Assembly: GCA_050230475.1 (NCBI GenBank)
Contig: JBFLGF010000188.1
Coordinates: 1 to 64,000 of the forward strand
Direction: 5' to 3'
DNA length: 64,000 nucleotides
Origin: Ancylonema sp.
Taxonomy: Eukaryota
Shown here: piece by piece, positions 1 to 11,808 of the stretch
Numbering within the stretch: position 1 is the first letter of the stretch
How the letters are laid out: every line of letters begins with the position of its first letter
Notes under the pieces: model-generated
The model's input: only the letters and a program-made list of their open reading frames with translations
Database searches by the model: none
What the model was told of the DNA's origin: nothing
Program-made: the position numbers and the translations under genes

Positions 1-2
1 AC

Positions 3-146
3 TTGCAGCGCGTGCAGGTATTTTTGCGGCCACAGCACCCAACACGCCAGCTGTTCGTCCATGATCCCCAAAAGAAAGGCTTTGATTTTGGGGACGCATA
101 AGAGGTCCAACCCCCCCCAGGCTGGGAAGGCAGCGTCCACAAAGGG
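3..146 (-). CDS. Synaptotagmin/NTMC2-like SMP-domain gene, exon 5 (end of SMP domain); gene continues beyond the left edge
   Basis: Minus-strand translation after a CCCCAG acceptor gives PFVDAAFPAWGGLDLLCVPKIKAFLLGIMDEQLACWVLWPQKYLHALQ, followed by GT at positions 2-1. This matches the 'KP.VD....GG.D...IP...........LWP' end of plant synaptotagmin SMP domains. Phase 0. Not in the ORF track. Confidence 0.85.
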
Positions 147-1016
147 CTGGGGGGTGGGGGGGGGGAACAGGGGGGAGGGAGAGGGGGGGGGGGGTTGGGG
201 GGGGGAGTATTTTGTTTTGTTTTGTTTTGTTTTTTTTTTTTTTTGTTTCTCGATTTTTTTTTCAGGGTTTTTTGGTGTGCTTAAGAGGGGAGTGGTTTTG
301 ATGATTTGGGGGATATTTTGGTATTTATTTTTTTGCCTTCTAGGTTGTCCAGGTTTTTGTTGCGGACGCATTTGTTTCTCATTTTGACATTATCAGACTG
401 CGGACTGCAAGGGGGAGGTGTCAGGGAGGAGAGGGAAGACCCAAAAAAACACAACTACTTTACCCGAAAGGAAGATCCGAAGGGCAGTAAACATATCAGG
501 AGGGGGAGGAAATAAAAGGATTGAGAAGAATAATTCAGAGATAAGTTACAGAAATCGATTATGAAGGAAAGAAAACATGAAAAATTTGGGGGGACTTAAG
601 AAGACGGTCATGTATACATCTGTACAAACTCACGGCCCTCCCTCCAGGTAACCTCTCCTAACCTTTACCCCTCAACCCTGTACCCTGTAACCTGTACTCT
701 ATACCCATAACAGTACACCTTCCCTCCCTACCACATGTGTTTTATTATTGTGCCCCTTCTCCCCTTCACTTAATTAAAAAAATAAAAAAAATTGGCAAAA
801 TGGAAAACGGCAAAACGGCAAATTCGTAAATGGCAGAATAGTTAAGATGGCGAACTGGCAAAGTAATAATGTTAGCAAACCGCCAAAACCGAAAAAAATG
901 CAAACCTGGCCACCAGAATAAAAATCTGACACCACCAAAATAGAAATCTGGAAAAAAAAAAAAAAAAAAAAAAAAAACTTGCGAACCATCCCCCCCCCCC
1001 CCTCCGCCCCCCTCAC

Positions 1017-1229
1017 CTTATCCATAATGGCGCAATGCACCCCGGCAAAACACGGGAAATGCGCCGTGAGGGGCGCAAGTGTAAACCTCACCACCCCCCT
1101 GATCGCCATTTCTGTGACTTGCACTATAGTGCTCACCCCCCCAACCTTAACTTCACAAACCAGATTTGAGTTTGTGGCAAAAACGACTGTAGTCTCGAAT
1201 ATACACTCGTCGTCTATGGTTTCCACAGC
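1017..1229 (-). CDS. Synaptotagmin-like gene, exon 4 (SMP domain)
   Basis: AATCAG acceptor, then AVETIDDECIFETTVVFATNSNLVCEVKVGGVSTIVQVTEMAIRGVVRFTLAPLTAHFPCFAGVHCAIMDK, then GTGAGG donor. The 'R.TL.PL...FPCF' motif is typical of plant SYT SMP domains. 213 nt, phase 0. Confidence 0.9.
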
Positions 1230-2183
1230 CTGATTGAGACGGGGGGGGGGGGGCGGGGAAGGGTTATATTTTTTTTTTTTTGTCAGGTTCATTTTGTTTT
1301 TTTGGGCTGAATTTTGGGGATTTTTTTGGGACTGTACATGTCGATTGGCATACGTACATATTTACACTTCTGCAAATATGTGCAGGCCTGCTTGCCCATG
1401 TAAACAGACTTACAATACATGCATACGTATGTGTATACGTATGAGCAGATGTCCAGGCGTGCATTAACCTTTTACATTGAGCATGATCCTTACAGACCAA
1501 CATAATGGAAATGCGTTATTAAACAATCGGATGCTTTATGACATCACACCCAGATAATACGTCTGCCAGATTATTGATTCCACCTTACCCTCCTACAGGC
1601 GAGTTCCCCCCCACAGAGTAGGGGGAGTAATAATAATATTAATAATATTATTATTCAATAATATTGATAATATTATAGATATTATAATAATAATATCAAT
1701 AATAATGTAATATAATCAATGTAATGTGATGTAATTTAATGCAATAATAATATTAATGCAGACAGGTAGTAATATCAGTACAGAAAGGTAATAATAGTAA
1801 TATTAATACAGACAGGTAGTAATAATAATATTCATACATACAGGTAATAATAATAATTTTAACACAGACCGGAAATAATAATAATATTAATACTGACAGG
1901 TAATGTCAATAAAAAATAATACAGACACGAAATAATAAAAATATTGATTATCTCGGGAGGACAGGACCCACTTCCCACAATTTTAAATCAGAGGGTTTTT
2001 TTCACCCACCAAAGTACCAAATCGAGAGGGGTTCTACTCCATTCAGTAGAACCTTTGGTCAGCCGTGGTTTACTATTGCAGTAGGGTATTTATTCACAGG
2101 GGCTCTTACTCAAATTCGGAGAAATAATAAATTACAAAATATCTGAATTATTCAGGAGACCTCAACTGAATTCGGTAAATTAT

Positions 2184-2224
<41 letters not shown>

Positions 2225-2529
2225 CAGTCATAGTATTAATTCAGAGGGGTTTTCTTTCCGTACGATACGAGTATTAATTCAGAGGGGTTTTTCTCCCGTA
2301 CGATACGACGCTCAGACCCCAATGTAAGAAACCTAAAAATTTCGTAATAAAAGTTTCTTGTAGCGAATGTTTCTCATACATACATGTCACATTTTGAGTG
2401 TAACAACGCAAAAAAAAAATGCAAAACAGTTTCTTCCAGAAAAAGCTTATGAAAACGAAGTTTCTTGAACCGAGAATTGAGTGAAGTATTACTTCAGAGG
2501 GGTTGATTCCCCCCCCCCCCCCCCCTCAC

Positions 2530-2622
2530 TTTCACATGGTCGAATGTGAGTGGCAGCGATCCGAAGGTCATGGACATAAACTTGAGGCCTACCCCCTGCT
2601 GAACGAAAAACTCTTTTATAAA
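2530..2622 (-). CDS. Synaptotagmin-like gene, exon 3 (SMP domain)
   Basis: CTTCAG acceptor, then FIKEFFVQQGVGLKFMSMTFGSLPLTFDHVK, then GTGAGG donor. Matches the SMP motif 'F..LTLG.LPP.F.GVK'. 93 nt, phase 0. Confidence 0.88.
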
Positions 2623-3449
2623 CTGAAGAAGGGGGGGGAAATAAATAAATAAATAAATAAAAGAGGGGGGAGGGGAAAGCGAGGAGGAGAAGGGGTGGGG
2701 CAAAGATGAGATGAGTCTTTCATTCATCATCAAGTCAATGAATGAAGTAAGGAAAATAAAGACGAAACCCCCCGTCTGGGAGGACCCCACTACCTTCCTA
2801 CACAAGAAAGCACCCTCTACTTGATCATGAAATTATATTATGAGAAACTATTCAATGGAATTGTAATAATCATAATTAATAATTATTATTATTATTTTAT
2901 GAGAAACTATTCGCTCACAAACCATTTTTGCCGTCTTCTCTTGAAATCTACTACACATAAATGTGATCCTCTTTTTTTCAAAACAAATCAAAGAAAAACA
3001 ATCCTTTCCCCCCCATTGCAACAAACGTCCCTCTTCCCCCCCCCCCTCACCCCTCCCCCCCCCCCAATAACCAACATAACATACCCCCACCCGCAAAAAA
3101 AAAACAAAAAACAAAAAAAACAAACAATCTGCTGACGTCAGTACCCCCCCAGCACCCACAAAGTCCCCAAGTCATCATCCCCCCAACCCCCAACGACCCC
3201 CATTGAAGTCATCCTCCTCCCCCCTCCCCCTTCTCTCCCCGCACCCTCCCAACCCCGCCAACCCCCCTTCCCCCCCTTCCCCTCCCCTCCCCCCTCCCCC
3301 TCCCCCCTTCCCCCCTTCCCCCCCTTCCCCCCCTTCACTCCTTCCCCCCTCCCCCCCTCTCCATCCCCATTCCCCCTTTTAATACCACATAAAGCCCCAG
3401 AAAACTGCCGCCCTCCCCCCACCCCCCACCCCCCCCCTTCCCCCCCTAC

Positions 3450-3629
3450 CGGCCAAATGTTTTGTCTGAATTGGTCCACTGCCACGTGGTCGATATGTGG
3501 CCAGGCCTTTTTGATGATGGTGTTCAGCCAACCCACCCGCTCGAGCCCAGGGCTCTTCACCCATTCAGGGACGGAGTGGAGTAAACGCTCGAGGTGGGAT
3601 TCGGAGGTGAGGTCGGAAATTTTGGGGAC
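3450..3629 (-). CDS. Synaptotagmin-like gene, exon 2 (start of SMP domain)
   Basis: CCCAG acceptor, then VPKISDLTSESHLERLLHSVPEWVKSPGLERVGWLNTIIKKAWPHIDHVAVDQFRQNIWP, then GTAGGG donor. Contains the hallmark 'P.WV..P..ERV.WLN.....WP'. 180 nt, phase 0. Confidence 0.92.
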
Positions 3630-3769
3630 CTGGGGGGGGGGGGGGGGGGGGTAGGATGGTGGGATGATGGGGAGTTTTTTTTTTTTTTTTTTTTTTGAGG
3701 GGGGGGGTGTTGAGGTGGTGTTTTCGGACGTGGGTTTGTTTTTTTTATTTTTTTGGTTTTGGTTTTTTG

Positions 3770-3975
3770 GTTTGTTTTAGTTATTATTATTATTATTGTT
3801 GTTACCATTATTATTGGTATTATTATTATTAATAATATTATTATTATTATTAGTATTATTAGTATTATTATTCTATTATTGTTATTATTATTATTATTAA
3901 TATCATTCTTATTATTATTATTGTTTTTGTTATTATTATCATTATCATTATTATTATGATTATTTTTATCATTTT
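3770..3975. repeat. Degenerate (ATT)n microsatellite, intronic
   Basis: Visible TTA/ATT repeats; source of the spurious poly-I/L ORF. Confidence 0.85.
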
Positions 3976-4079
3976 TATAATTTTTATTTATTTGTTTATT
4001 TTACTGATATTGTTATCATTGTTCAAATCATTGTTGTGATGTTATTTTCAGTTCCAGTTTTGGACTTTCTTACCTACCA

Positions 4080-4500
4080 CACATCCATACATACATATGG
4101 ACTTTGTATATACACACATCCATGAAAATATAAACATATACACAAACATGTGTAATTAAACAAGTACACGCGTGTGTACAAATACATATATGCATATGCT
4201 GACATACATACATACATGTATATATGCATAAATGCATATACAAACACATACATACACATGTACATACATATACAATTGTATTCATAAGTAAATATACACA
4301 TAGGTACATACATTTACATATAAATTCATAAACAGACGTTTACAGACATATGTGTATACGTACATTTATATACAGAAATTCATAGATAGACATTGTTATA
4401 TATCCATAGGCATACATACATGAATAGACATACACATGAATCCATACGCAAATATATGTACATGAGTTGAAAAACATCCATAAATTATCATACACAAAGC
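4080..4500. repeat. Degenerate (TACA/CA/TA)n low-complexity tract, intronic
   Basis: Alternating purine-pyrimidine repeats; source of the spurious MYVC-type ORFs. Confidence 0.8.
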
Positions 4501-4551
4501 ACAAAACAAGTCACTGACACAGACACAAAAAGAAATAAAAAAAAAAAAAAC

Positions 4552-5022
4552 TCTCATATTTGGTTCCTCCACAGTCAGCGTCCTCATTTGCCTGAGCACC
4601 AACGTGGCCACCCCTACGCCCGCCACGATACCCAAACTAAATCCGGCGACCGACACGCTCAGGCCCAATCCCGCGCTCAGCAGGCTGCCTGCGGCGAACA
4701 CAGACCCTCGCGCGACTTTCACCACCCCCCCCCCGAGCAGGGGCGCGAACGACCTCCCTCGACCCGCTGGAACCCTCTGCGATCGCGAATCCCAGGGGGT
4801 TGGTTCTGGATCCCCCCCTCCTCCGCCCGCGCCATCCCACTTTCCGGATCGCTCGTACCGGCCGCGATACGCGGCGGCGACGGAGGATCCGCCCGTCGAC
4901 TCTCCCTTCAGGCCGCGAGCGGGAGGAGGGTCGCTCGCCGGGCTCCACTTGTATCGTTTCACGGGGGGTTGGGAGGCGAAAGGCGAGGGTTGATCCTCCT
5001 TTTCTTGCGCGGGAAGACGCAT
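4552..5022 (-). CDS. Synaptotagmin-like gene, probable exon 1 (N-terminal extension plus hydrophobic membrane anchor)
   Basis: GC-rich ORF from ATG at 5022 (MRLPAQEKE...) ending in a Gly-rich hydrophobic segment GSVFAAGSLLSAGLGLSVSVAGFSLGIVAGVGVATLVL. An AGA|GTTTTT phase-0 donor joins it in frame to exon 2. The start codon and donor are less certain. Confidence 0.7.
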
Positions 5023-5736
5023 GTTAGGAGTCGAACCGAACACGCGAGCCGACTGATGTACGTCCTTCACTAATTTACTATCTCTGCTGATTTACTACTT
5101 CTGGTGATTTACTACCTCTCCTAGTACAAACTACTACTAATTCACATTCTCTACTAATTCGTCAAGGAGCCCAGACATTCGTCTAGCGCGATTGTCTGTG
5201 CCGTCCGCATTCGCCTCAGGAACGACGGAGCGGACGGTCTGAAGCAGGGGGGCATCCTTGGACTCGTTCCGCACCGGACGTAGCAGCGGAAACGGTGGGG
5301 GGTCACTGTTACTGTTGGCCCTGGTGCTGTACGGATTTCTTGATGACGTGTCACTCCCGTGAAGTCGGGATGTGCCACCTGGAATCTGGATACAGTGAAG
5401 CCTGTCTTAATTAACACTGTGATAATTAATAACTTGTCTTATCTGATATAAAATAGATTAATTATGAACCTGTCTTACTTCATATTTTCTCCCGGTCCCG
5501 ACATGATTATTGACATTATTAGGTTTTACCGTGGCAGCGGATTTTATCCGGTTCGCGCAGCGCAGCACGGTATAACTAGGCACAAAACCGAGAACAAGCG
5601 ATCAAGAACCGCCCGGGGCGAAACGGCGCTCGGCGCTCTAGGTGCTTCTGAGTTAAAACGTACTCATTTCAATGCATAGGACACGTAACGAAAGAATGAA
5701 AAAAAACAAAAAAAACTTAACAAACAAATACCAATC

Positions 5737-6274
5737 CATAGTTGCACCCATGCGGCAAAAAAAAAACATGCGCCGTATGCCATACTTTTGCCAGCCATAC
5801 GTGGCGCGTCCATTTGGCTACAAACGTTCGGGCAAAACTTTCATATTGAAAATTTCATTTCACGGATATGGATAATCAAGAACTAATCAACCCGTAACCG
5901 TACGTGGCACACCTAAGCTCTGCGCCTAGATTAAAAGTGTAGACGAAGGTGTATGTATAGGTATATGTATGGCGGCGAGTATAGGTACTTGACTTTGTAT
6001 ATATTGTTGAGCAAAAATGATTTACTTCCTTGTACACCAAGCATGAGAGAATTGGAATGAAGAAGATGGAAGTTGAATGAATACAAGGTTGATTTTGAAA
6101 TAATAAAATAAAAAAATCGTCAAAATGTTGTTCATCAAATATAATGTATGGATATAAATTACAATAAAAAAATCAAAATAAACGACTCAACATAACTTTC
6201 GGAGTATGTGCACCGGGAAAAATCCAGCACAATGACTACACTTGTATTGGCACCCACGTATTGGTGCTACTATG
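5737..6274. mobile_element. Non-autonomous hAT-type MITE (CATAG termini), copy 1
   Basis: TIRs CATAGTTGCACCCATGCG / CGTATTGGTGCTACTATG. 8-bp flanks TACCAATC vs CTCCAATC (6/8). Homologous to 27374-28099. Confidence 0.85.
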
Positions 6275-6506
6275 CTCCAATCAACATTTGGATCACATTT
6301 TGAAGGGTAACTCCACATGCTGAGAATGCAAACGGATGGAATAATACCGAACAATTTTTTGTTTCTCGATTCCACTTTTCAATGTATGTTCATGTGTTGT
6401 TGGGTGGGTGACTACGATAGGGTCTCGACGGTGGTCACGTGCGTCGCACACTCCCAAGCCAAATAATTAATGTCAACAAATTCCATTCGGCGACTGAAAG
6501 GTCCCC

Positions 6507-6537
<31 letters not shown>

Positions 6538-7189
6538 TATACGGGATTAAGTGGTTTGATTTTGACGCATACGACGTGTGCCAAAGATACACGGGCATAA
6601 AAAAAAAACACACGGAAAACACGGATGTTGACTAAAACGAATCTGCATTCATAATCACATTTGTTTAATTCGTCTTAAATGACACGAACCATCATGAACC
6701 GACCATTTGACCGATCCGGAACCGATCGGGCTTGGTGTTTTCAGGGGTTTATTTCATATTATTTTTTAGTAGACTTACGAGTATGTAACCCTAGATGCGC
6801 AATGTCATAACATGTAACTAAATATCTCCGACTGCCCGGATTTTTGTCCTTAGTTAAAAGTCACGCATTAACGGAGTTACGATTTAAAAAAAAAAAAAAA
6901 AAAACAGAAAACTTCAGATTGTAATGAATGCACTTTCTACTTTCATCTCCCAAAGCTTCGTGATGTACTGATTGGCAACCACGCGCGATGAAACCAGAGT
7001 AAGCCAATACGTATGTCATACTATTTTTATCTTGGTCTAAAATAGAGGTTATGCGCCATCCTAGGATACCAAACTCATGTTTACATTTGTATGCGGGACT
7101 TTGAGTGCGAACAAGTAGTTGATTGAGCTTTAATCTCGTAAGTTGAAAAACGAGTGGTGTTGCGCAACTCTACCGAAGTCTTGCGCAAC

Positions 7190-7515
7190 TCTTCTTCTTC
7201 TTCTTCTTCTTCATCTTCTTCTTCTGCTCCTCCTCCTCCTCCGCCTCCCCCGCCGCCTCCTCCTCCTCCTCCTCCTCCTCCTCCTCCTCCTCCTCCTCCT
7301 CCTCCTCCTCCTCCTCCTCCTCCTCCTCCTCCTCCTCCTCCTCCTCCTCCTCCTCCTCCTCCTCCTCCTCCTCCTCCTCCTCCTCCTCCTCCTCCTCCTC
7401 CTCCCTCCTCCTCCTCCTCCTCCTCTCCTCCTCCTCCTCCTCCTCCTCCTCCTCCTCCTCCTCCTCCTCCTCCTCCTTCTTCTTCTTCTTCTTCTTCTTC
7501 TTCTTCTTCTTCTTC
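7190..7515. repeat. Compound (CTT)n-(CCT)n-(CTT)n microsatellite
   Basis: About 320 bp of pure pyrimidine triplets on the + strand. Confidence 0.97.
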
Positions 7516-8789
7516 GTGTCTTATGCTTCGACGCCATTTCATGAATAGCGTGGTAATGCCAACTTGGCTTGCAATAGTGCTAGTTGCAACGTAGTGTACA
7601 TGTTCGGTAGTGGAGTGATTGTATATATTATATTATATATAATTATTATTGATTATATTGATATATTGATATATTTTATTGATATATTATGTTTTTTTTT
7701 TCAAATGGGTGTGGGAGTAGGTGGATGAATCGAGGGAGTGGAGCTTGCCATCCCTTAGAGGCCCTCACTTGGGTTGCCTATGGACACTGCCAAGGAATAC
7801 GAAGAGGGGTAAATTTATGGATTCCCTCATCCCGTATCACCAATGGTTCCCCGTCACGGACATGTCACACCTCCAACAAGTCTCGCTTGAGTCGTTGTCA
7901 CATGCATACGGAACAGGGTCTCAAGACGAAGAAGTTGCGGTTTCGGTTATCGAGGAGACGAGTTTGAGCGTAGTGACAAGTGGCGATTTTGCGGAACTCT
8001 CTATCTACGCGCCTCGTGCGGCGAGTTTATCGTGGAGAAAATATTTGGGTAGAAGGGCATGTAAGGAATGCTCGTTGCTAGAAAAGGTGGAGTGGGAGGC
8101 GGTGGGTCCAAAGTTTGAGCGTTATGAGCGGAATCTGAAACGGGTCTCCTTTGGTGGGGAAAGTAATGATGAATGATGACCTTGAGTGCAAGTCAACATC
8201 ATGTGATAAAAGTGGTATTCGATACTAATTCTATACGTATTGTGTACAGTGCACTCTTGATATAGTGACACACTCTTTAGTGACTATCTCGATATAATGA
8301 CTTTTTTTTGGCCCTTTTACTAATCCTATATGAAAACCAAATGTGTAAAGTGACATACGTTCTAGTGACCAAAAAATCCAAGATTTTAATATTGCGATGT
8401 CATTTTACAATGGAACCTATCCAAATTTATAATGTTAAATTACGAACCTCTCTATTCTAATATAGAATAATCCGCCCGATCTCGGTTTTCACCAAGAATC
8501 TCTCGTATAATTTAATAACTAGTCCAATTTCATTTTTTTAATGGTTCCAACATGGGTCATATAGACAGATTTTACCGTAGCGAGAGGATATTATAACAAT
8601 CGACGTTTAGATGAGCCACTTTCCTTCAAAGTGCCGACGTAAATTTAACTTTCTCTCGATATAGTGACATTTGTCTACTGTCGCCCTATCAATTGTCACT
8701 ATACAATGCATAGTGATAGGCCTAGCATTCGATTTAATGACATTAAATCCGTAGGCATAATAATTTGAATGGAATTTTCATGGAGCAGC

Positions 8790-9433
8790 CACAAGGCACC
8801 TATGAGCCGTGAGACAAAGGGAAATTTTGGTTCGGACTTCATGGCTGCTTCCCACGTAGTCTTGTCAGGCCCACTCAACGCCTCATGCACTGTGTCAAGA
8901 GTCTTGCCTTCCTTTACAAGTGCTACCACATACCACATACATTTTGGTGTGGCGAATGGGGAGAACACCACATGCTCAGGTTCAGGGAGAGGTGCCGTAC
9001 TTTTTTCGAGAGCTCAACTTTCTTCGCTTACTATAGATGGGGCGTCATCATCTTGTAGAGGGGGTGGTCTAAGAAGCAAAAGTACAGGATTTCCAATGGC
9101 GTCTCGAACCACCTCATCGACATAATGCGGACCCCCATTCACAACACCCCCACCCGCATTGTTGCCCCTTCCGAAACCAATCCGAGCCAGAACTACTGAA
9201 CCATATTACCTCGCCACATTCACATGCGCGACATTGTGCACCACCGACAGTGTTGAACTCAGTAGAAGAACGAGTCAATAACTATCCATCAAGAAGACTC
9301 CATGGATCAGCACCTTAAACACGGTTTTCAGCACCTCCATCAAGTCCAGTATTAACACCAAACCGTGAAGTACCGACACTTGAACTTACAATGTATAGTG
9401 AAAGAAAACAATGCCACATGTTTTGGCCCAACA
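8790..9433 (-). mobile_element. Ty1/Copia relic (integrase-RT linker fragment, possible LTR start TGTTGGGCC)
   Basis: TVHEALSGPDKTTWEAAMKSE matches the Copia 'EAL......W..AM..E' pre-RT motif. Confidence 0.6.
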
Positions 9434-10379
9434 ATACAATTTTCGATATTTATATATCGGTTTTTGGTATCGTTTTTTGTTATCAGTAGGGTTCTATACA
9501 CAGTATAATGAAATTCAATAATACTTATGTAATTTTATTTTTAAAAAAATGATATGGTCATAACCAGGGAGAATTTATACTGACTCGAATGAAAGAACTT
9601 GTCGTTCTGCCAGGGTTCTCGCTATAAAGAGATCCGTTGTTACGAGGGCTCACACAAGCCTGGATCTCCAGACCTTATTGACGGGATGCTGGATTTCGTG
9701 CTGAACGGTGCTCTCACGCGATCGTTCATATCTGACCGTTACATCTCAGACAAACGGCAGAGCGCGCCGCTGCTCATGAGTGCGCGACCGTCGGTCTTGC
9801 GCCAACGATCATAACCACACGTAGTCAACGGCGAAAAGTTATCGGCGCGCGTTTTTAGCAACCCACTTACGCCGTCAGCGATTGGCTTTCCCCTCAATTT
9901 TACGACGTGGCATATCCACTGTTTCCGTTCATGTTTCCCGCACGAGTGAATATGTCCACCGATTCGTCCCTGGCCTTCCTATAATAAGAGCCGGATGATT
10001 TGAAACAGGACGTTGGCGGTAAAGAGCTGCAGAATCTCGGAAGTGGATAAATGCCGACGAAGGATCCGACTCGTCTCCGTACCGTTTGTGGGAAACGGTC
10101 GGAATCGCACCTCCTGATCGTCCCTGGAAAATCGTCTGCCTCCTTTCCCCGTCTGGCACAGAGAACACCAGCAGCACCACCAACATTCAGCATGTTTGGT
10201 TTCCGTTCAATCAGTTCAGCCAGGCGAGTACGAGTGTCTCTCGTCAACTTCTAGGTCAGGATTGAGTTTCTGTTTCCTGCGATCGGTCAGGACGCTCCTC
10301 ACTTCATATCTGAACACACAATCCATCTCCAGTTCGTAGGCCCTCGTCCTCAGCTGCAAAACTCACTTCCCCTACAGCT

Positions 10380-11078
10380 ATGGCACTTCTTTACAACGGA
10401 GCTCTTGTTGCACGCTCGTCTCTTTGCGTGTCTCTCCTCCTGACGCTCTCATTTTTCGATTCGATCCGCAATTCCCAGGCAGTGATAACTCACACCAATA
10501 ACCCCAACGTCAACTGGGACCACGGGCGCTTTGTTCCCGCTCGTATCGGGAATGGATTCTGGTGGCATGGAAGCGCCACCTACTATCCCTCCGTAGGCGA
10601 CTCCGGCGCTTGCGGATTCCCACTGAGTGTCACCGACAACATCTACCCCGCGGCAGTTCCTGATCCCCGTTGGGGCAACAGCCTGACAGCTGGCGTCGGC
10701 GGTTTTTCCGGCGCACCATGCGGGCAGTGCTTTGAACTAAAGTGCCACAGGCAGCCTCGGTACGGGGGGACTGTGTATTGCAACCCGGGGGCGGGTAGCA
10801 TAATTGTCAAAGTCACAGACTGCGACGTGCCGCAACCGGGCGGTTGGCCAATCAACCATTTCGACCTCAATGTCCCTGCCTTCAACGCCATTGCGGACCC
10901 CGCCTCGGGTATCGTGAACATCAAGTTTCGACGCGTCCATTGCACGAGTAACGGCGCGAAGTGGTCCCTGGCGAGCGACTCCAACGGCTATGTCCATGAC
11001 ATCATCGTTTATGACGTGCCTGGGGTGGGGGCAATCGTTGGACTCATGATCCAGCCGCGTGGCATGGGATGGCAAAAG
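10380..11078 (+). CDS. Expansin (alpha-expansin-like), coding exon 1: signal peptide, DPBB domain, start of domain 2
   Basis: Hydrophobic N-terminus; motifs ATYY, GACGF, CGQCFELKC, V.VTD, HFDL, G.V.I.FRRV.C and VPGVGAIV. Strong donor AAG|GTGAGG after WQK. A CCTACAG immediately before CTATG suggests a 5'-UTR intron. Confidence 0.93.
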
Positions 11079-11475
11079 GTGAGGGCACCATGGCACAACT
11101 GAAGTGCGCCAGTATGGCACAAGAGTGTGAGAGGAGTCCCACAACATATCATTCTGAAGTTGATTCTACTCATGTTTTTTGGACCCAGTTAGGCACTCAG
11201 ATTCAAATTAAACTAGAAGTGGAACCCCGCTGACTAGATACTCCGTTGTTCATGCTCAAATAGTGGCCTCAGATGTAAAGATGTTCGATAATAGACTGAA
11301 CCTCTGATAAATTAAGACAGTCACTCCTCTTATAAGAGATTTCTGTGCTTCTGGAAAATCCATGCCCCGTGGTTACAGCCTGGATCTGGGTAACGGTTAG
11401 TATAAAACTGCCACACGGTTAGTATAAAACTGCCACGTTTCCTGAATCTCCCTTTCTCCCTGCTCTCGTATCCAG

Positions 11476-11550
11476 GCGTCACACGCATGGGGGGCTCACT
11501 ACTGGACGTTCGGTCCCTACTCCGTTGGAAGTGGTAAGCTTTCGTTCCAC
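11476..11550 (+). CDS. Expansin coding exon 2 (domain 2, CBM63/pollen-allergen-like)
   Basis: Pyrimidine tract plus TCCAG acceptor, then ASHAWGAHYWTFGPYSVGSGKLSFH. This continues the expansin consensus W..M.RNWGA.W........LSF.V in phase 0. The 3' boundary is uncertain. Confidence 0.8.
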
Positions 11551-11745
11551 GTTCGTCACGTTTTTCACGTGTTCCAGGTTTTCCGTGATCCAAGATCCAC
11601 GAATCTCACCCCTAAGTTCGGCAGAATGGGAGACCCGGTTAGTGCTCTCGGTTCGGACTCCCGGTTGTGAATCAATGGTACGAATTCGAAGTGCAGAGAT
11701 GTGAGTTTTGATGGGTACTGTTTCTGTGTCGGTGTAGATACCCAG

Positions 11746-11808
11746 GTCATGCTTACGCTGAGTGAGAACAGGGGACCAGTGAACGCCCAGTACGTGCAGA
11801 CGACATAA
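11746..11808 (+). CDS. Possible terminal expansin exon (VMLTLSENRGPVNAQYVQTT*)
   Basis: A CCCAG acceptor gives LSFH|VMLT in phase 0 with weak resemblance to the consensus. Alternatively exon 2 reads through to a TGA near 11670. Confidence 0.35.
   Translation, partial: VMLTLSENRGPVNAQYVQTT

Noticed and set aside
7081..7594. Poly-Gly/Pro/Leu/Arg ORFs
   Set aside because: Translations of the (CCT)n/(CTT)n microsatellite, with no coding context.
7689..8176. Two overlapping ORFs between the host genes
   Set aside because: No recognisable motif or splice support; cannot be called.
8245..8705. Possible Tc1/pogo-like MITE (repeated GATATAGTGAC motifs)
   Set aside because: Motifs occur mostly in direct orientation, and clean termini and a TSD could not be fixed.
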